From: an uncultured delta proteobacterium | Lineage (GTDB): Bacteria > Myxococcota_A > Polyangia > Polyangiales > Polyangiaceae | Direction: 5' to 3' | DNA: 64,000 nt | Assembly (NCBI GenBank): GCA_963806225.1 | Contig: CAWDXG010000004.1 | Location: 4,000,001-4,064,000, forward strand | Part shown: piece after piece, positions 60,899 to 64,000 of the stretch | Layout: each line of letters opens with the position of its first letter | Position numbering within the stretch: the first letter of the stretch is position 1 | Notes under the pieces: generated by a model | Told to the model about the DNA's origin: nothing | What the model saw: the letters and a program-made list of their open reading frames with translations, nothing else | Database searches by the model: none | Position numbers and translations under genes: made by a program

Positions 60899-61237
60899 AT
60901 GAGCGACGACGCCTGGGCGCGGGGCCTCGAGCTGTTCAACGCCGGCGCGTACTTTGAAGCACACGAAGCCTGGGAGGACCTGTGGCGCGACGCGGCGCGC
61001 GATTCCAACCAGCGGCTGGCGCTCCAGGGCTTGATCCAGCTTTCCGCCGCGCTGCTCAAGCTACAACAGGGAAACGAGCGCGGCGCGCGGCGTCTGGCGG
61101 CGCGCAGCGTGGAGAAGCTCGAACGCGCCAGACTTTTTCGCGGCCTCGACCTCGCCGCGCTCGCCGCGACGATGCGCACACGCATGCTCGACGCGACGGG
61201 ACCCTTGGTGTTCGAAGACGCGGTGGTGCGGCTCTAG
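60899..61237 (+). CDS. DUF309 domain protein
   Basis: FNAGAYFEAHEAWEDLW, QGLIQ. Confidence 0.9.
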   Translation: MSDDAWARGLELFNAGAYFEAHEAWEDLWRDAARDSNQRLALQGLIQLSAALLKLQQGNERGARRLAARSVEKLERARLFRGLDLAALAATMRTRMLDATGPLVFEDAVVRL

Positions 61238-61262
61238 CGACGGCTCGGGGCTGGGGCGCGGC

Positions 61263-62102
61263 TCAGAAGGAGAACCGCGCCATGGCGAGGCCTGGCGCCA
61301 CCCCGACCTGCGGCGCGGCTGCCGAATGGTCACGGGAAAGGTAGAACCAGGTGGCGAGGCCCGCACCTACCACAGCCAACCCGAGGGCAATGTCCGCCCC
61401 AATCCAGCGGCCGTTGACATAGCTCGCGTCGGCCTTGGTACAGCCTCCGTCGTGGCACCTGTTCCAGCGCGACAGGCCCGTCGCGCCAAAGTAGCCGAAC
61501 GCCCCCAGCGACACCACGGCGACCCCGCCGAACACGAACGTGCCCGCAGGAACGCCGGCGTGCTGTTGCGGCTCGCCCTGCCCGCTCGCGTTCGACGCCT
61601 GGCTTCCCGCGGGGGATCGAGCAGGGGCGTCGAAGGTCACGACGACCGCGCGGGCCTTCTGCCCCTCGCGGACGACCACGCGCCTGTCGACCGGAGCATG
61701 GCCGGCTGCTTCGAAGTGCAGCGAATGCACGCCGGGATCGACCGATATCGGTTTGCCGTCGAGCTGCTGCGTGAGCACGCGGCCGTCCAGGGTCACGCTG
61801 ACGTCGACGATGTCGTTGCCCGCCCCGTCGCTCGCACCGAGCACGAGGCTCGGCGTGAGCTGGTCGACTTCCGAAAGCCAGCGCGTGCAGTCCTTGCGCA
61901 GCAGCGCGGGGCACGCCTGACGCACGCACACGAGCAACTGCTGGCGCGCTCCGAGAAGCTGGCTGTGTTTGCGGAGATCCTGCGACTTCGTATACGAGGA
62001 CAGACACGCGGCTTTGGTCTGCGCCGCCGCGCGCTCTGCCGGGAGCGCCGCGACGACCAGACACGCGACGAAGAGACTACGAGCGCGGTTCGTCAGAAGC
62101 AT
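61263..62102 (-). CDS. Secreted PEGA-like protein (kinase partner)
   Basis: Signal peptide, helical Cys-containing N-terminus, VDPGVHSL, C-terminal hydrophobic hairpin. Confidence 0.75.
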   Translation of the reverse strand: MLLTNRARSLFVACLVVAALPAERAAAQTKAACLSSYTKSQDLRKHSQLLGARQQLLVCVRQACPALLRKDCTRWLSEVDQLTPSLVLGASDGAGNDIVDVSVTLDGRVLTQQLDGKPISVDPGVHSLHFEAAGHAPVDRRVVVREGQKARAVVVTFDAPARSPAGSQASNASGQGEPQQHAGVPAGTFVFGGVAVVSLGAFGYFGATGLSRWNRCHDGGCTKADASYVNGRWIGADIALGLAVVGAGLATWFYLSRDHSAAAPQVGVAPGLAMARFSF

Positions 62103-63637
62103 TCGGGTCTGGGGATCTTCCTCCCGTCACTGGTGTACGTGAAGGGGTTCGAGCAATTGGGCTTCTTCACCGTGGGTCTGGCTCTGGGCTTCGCGCGCGG
62201 CCGGTAGCGGTGCACCGCCACCGGCTTGGGCGCGGGCTTCGGCTCGGCAGCAGACGCCGACGCCGCCGGAGCTGCGCTCCCAGCCGGCTTTTCCGCCGAG
62301 GCAGCGCCGGACGCCGCCGGGCGCTCGGCCGAGGGCAGCGCCACGGACCCCGGCGCCGGTACGGCGGAGCGCGCCGCCGGCGCCGGCCCGCTACGGCGAG
62401 CGCTCTCTGACACGAGGCCGTAGGTTGCGAGCCCGGCGACCGCGAGGCCCGCCGCGAGCAGCAGCAGCATGCGGCGCGGGCGACGAGCTTTGCCCTCTGT
62501 GGCTAGCCCGCCCGGACTCTCGAGCGACACGCTGCTCGGCTCCACGCCCACGCCTTGGGGCGGCGTCCCCTCCCGCACGGTCGGCATCTGGTCACGTGGC
62601 GGCTTGTCCCGATTGCCGCGCAGCGACTCCAGCCCTTCCGGGTCCTCGGTGAGCGAGGCGCTCTCAATCTCGGCAACGCGCGACGCCCGACTGTCCAGCT
62701 CGTCCGCCGCCACCGCCTGCACCCAGTCGCCCACCTCGCGCGCCGTCGCCGGCGCAACAACTTCCTCGAGCGCAATCGCCATCTCGCGCGTGCTGCTGAA
62801 CCGCGCTTCCGGATCGCTAGCGAGCCCCCGCAGGACGACGGCATCCAGCCCTTCCGGCAGCGAGGGCGCATGCTGGCTCGGTGGCTCGACCTTCTGCTCC
62901 ATCACCAGGCGCATCGTCGCGAGCGCGTTGTCGGCGTGGAACAGGCGCCGACCAGCCAAGAGCTCCCACAGCACCACCGATGCGGCGTAGACGTCCGTGC
63001 GCCGGTCGAGCGTGTCGCCCGCCACCTGCTCGGGCGACAGGTACGCCGCCTTGCCCTTCAACTGTCCGTCCGTCGTCGACTGGAGCCTGCCGGAGGCCTT
63101 GGCGACTCCGAAGTCGGCAATCCGCGCCACACCGTCGACGCCGACAAGCACGTTCTGGGGCGAGACGTCGCGGTGCACCAGGTGCATGGGCTCGCCGCGC
63201 TCGTTCTTGGCCTCGTGTGCCGCGTGCAGACCGTGCAACGTGGCGATCATCACAGCGCTCGCGACGCGCACGGGAATCGCTTCCCGGCGCTTCCTCGCCG
63301 CTCGCGCCAGGCGCGACAGCGATTCGCCGTGCACGTACTCCATCACCAGGAAGAGCTCGGGTGGAAGCAGCACCACGTCGAGCATCGCCACGACGTTGGG
63401 GTGCTGGATACGCGCTGCCAGGCGCGCCTCGTCCACGAACATCGTCACGAAGTCTTCGTTGCTCGCGAGGTGGGGGTGCAGTCGTTTGATCGCGACGGTG
63501 CGCGCGAAACCGACCGGCCCGATCAGCCGCCCCAGATGGACCGATGCCATTCCGCCGGACGCGATCTCGTTGTACAGCGCGTAGCGTCCTATGGTTCGAG
63601 GCATGGCTGCTGCGCCGGGTGGCTGCCCCTCGTGCAT
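62093..63637 (-). CDS. Ser/Thr protein kinase, membrane-anchored
   Basis: GGMASVH, VAIK, HRDVSPQN, DFG, SPEQ; C-terminal C..PF....GRK...ECF. Confidence 0.95.
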   Translation of the reverse strand: MHEGQPPGAAAMPRTIGRYALYNEIASGGMASVHLGRLIGPVGFARTVAIKRLHPHLASNEDFVTMFVDEARLAARIQHPNVVAMLDVVLLPPELFLVMEYVHGESLSRLARAARKRREAIPVRVASAVMIATLHGLHAAHEAKNERGEPMHLVHRDVSPQNVLVGVDGVARIADFGVAKASGRLQSTTDGQLKGKAAYLSPEQVAGDTLDRRTDVYAASVVLWELLAGRRLFHADNALATMRLVMEQKVEPPSQHAPSLPEGLDAVVLRGLASDPEARFSSTREMAIALEEVVAPATAREVGDWVQAVAADELDSRASRVAEIESASLTEDPEGLESLRGNRDKPPRDQMPTVREGTPPQGVGVEPSSVSLESPGGLATEGKARRPRRMLLLLAAGLAVAGLATYGLVSESARRSGPAPAARSAVPAPGSVALPSAERPAASGAASAEKPAGSAAPAASASAAEPKPAPKPVAVHRYRPRAKPRARPTVKKPNCSNPFTYTSDGRKIPRPECF

Positions 63638-63713
63638 GGGGAAATCACAGCGTAGCTCGTCTCCCGAGAGCGCGAAAGTCGCGCCGCGCGAGGGTTTTCC
63701 GGGCTGGCGCGGC

Positions 63714-64000
63714 TCACGGGGGGGCCACGAACGAGACGCCGCGGAGCTCCGGGGACGCCCCGGGGTCGTCCGACTCGAAATGCGCGCGGTACTGCACGTA
63801 GCGGGTGGACGGCAGGGCATCGAGCGCGACGTGCACCGGCGGCGCGAGCCCGGAATCGTCGAACGACTGCGCCGCGTGGGCGCCCGGTCCGACGAAGGCG
63901 GGCTGGGCCGCACAGCTGGGCGTCGCGCAGCCACGCACCTGGAAGGACAGGCGCAGCCGGCCGCGCGCCGCCAGCGCCGCGATTTCCGCGTCCGACAGCG
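63714..64000 (-). CDS. C-terminal part of a hypothetical beta-rich protein (runs off the window)
   Basis: RYVQYRAHFES..SPELRGVSF ending. Confidence 0.55.
   Translation of the reverse strand, partial: LSDAEIAALAARGRLRLSFQVRGCATPSCAAQPAFVGPGAHAAQSFDDSGLAPPVHVALDALPSTRYVQYRAHFESDDPGASPELRGVSFVAPP

Overview
Very GC-rich (roughly 70%, estimated by eye) chromosomal window that looks like a myxobacterium (Myxococcota, Polyangiales-like). The evidence for that is a MYXO-CTERM protease, Gly-linker/Cys-rich lipoproteins, vWA lipoproteins, Ser/Thr kinase-PEGA pairs, an FHA protein and CdnL. About 57 genes mix housekeeping functions (tdk, mfd, purC, thiolase, malic enzyme, coaD, ppx, cdnL, rnc, trmL) with surface, secreted and signalling proteins and one HEPN-MNT toxin-antitoxin pair. 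I saw no rRNA, tRNA, CRISPR array, transposase or phage gene. Several genes carry single-base insertions that look like long-read errors. The main observations the ORFs do not explain are: (1) a ~330-nt trailer tiled with hairpins behind a histone-H1-like gene; (2) a TAnnnT box 6-9 nt before at least 15 start codons, suggesting pervasive leaderless mRNAs; (3) a structured leader and tandem promoters of cdnL; (4) a metE-like gene reduced to its fused first 21 and last 16 codons; (5) two divergent genes whose start codons overlap in one CATG; (6) an orphan SctL/FliH gene, a DHH protein with permuted motif order, a probable pseudo-aspartyl protease and a lipid-anchored mcl-PHA depolymerase. All family calls come from motif recognition, not database searches.
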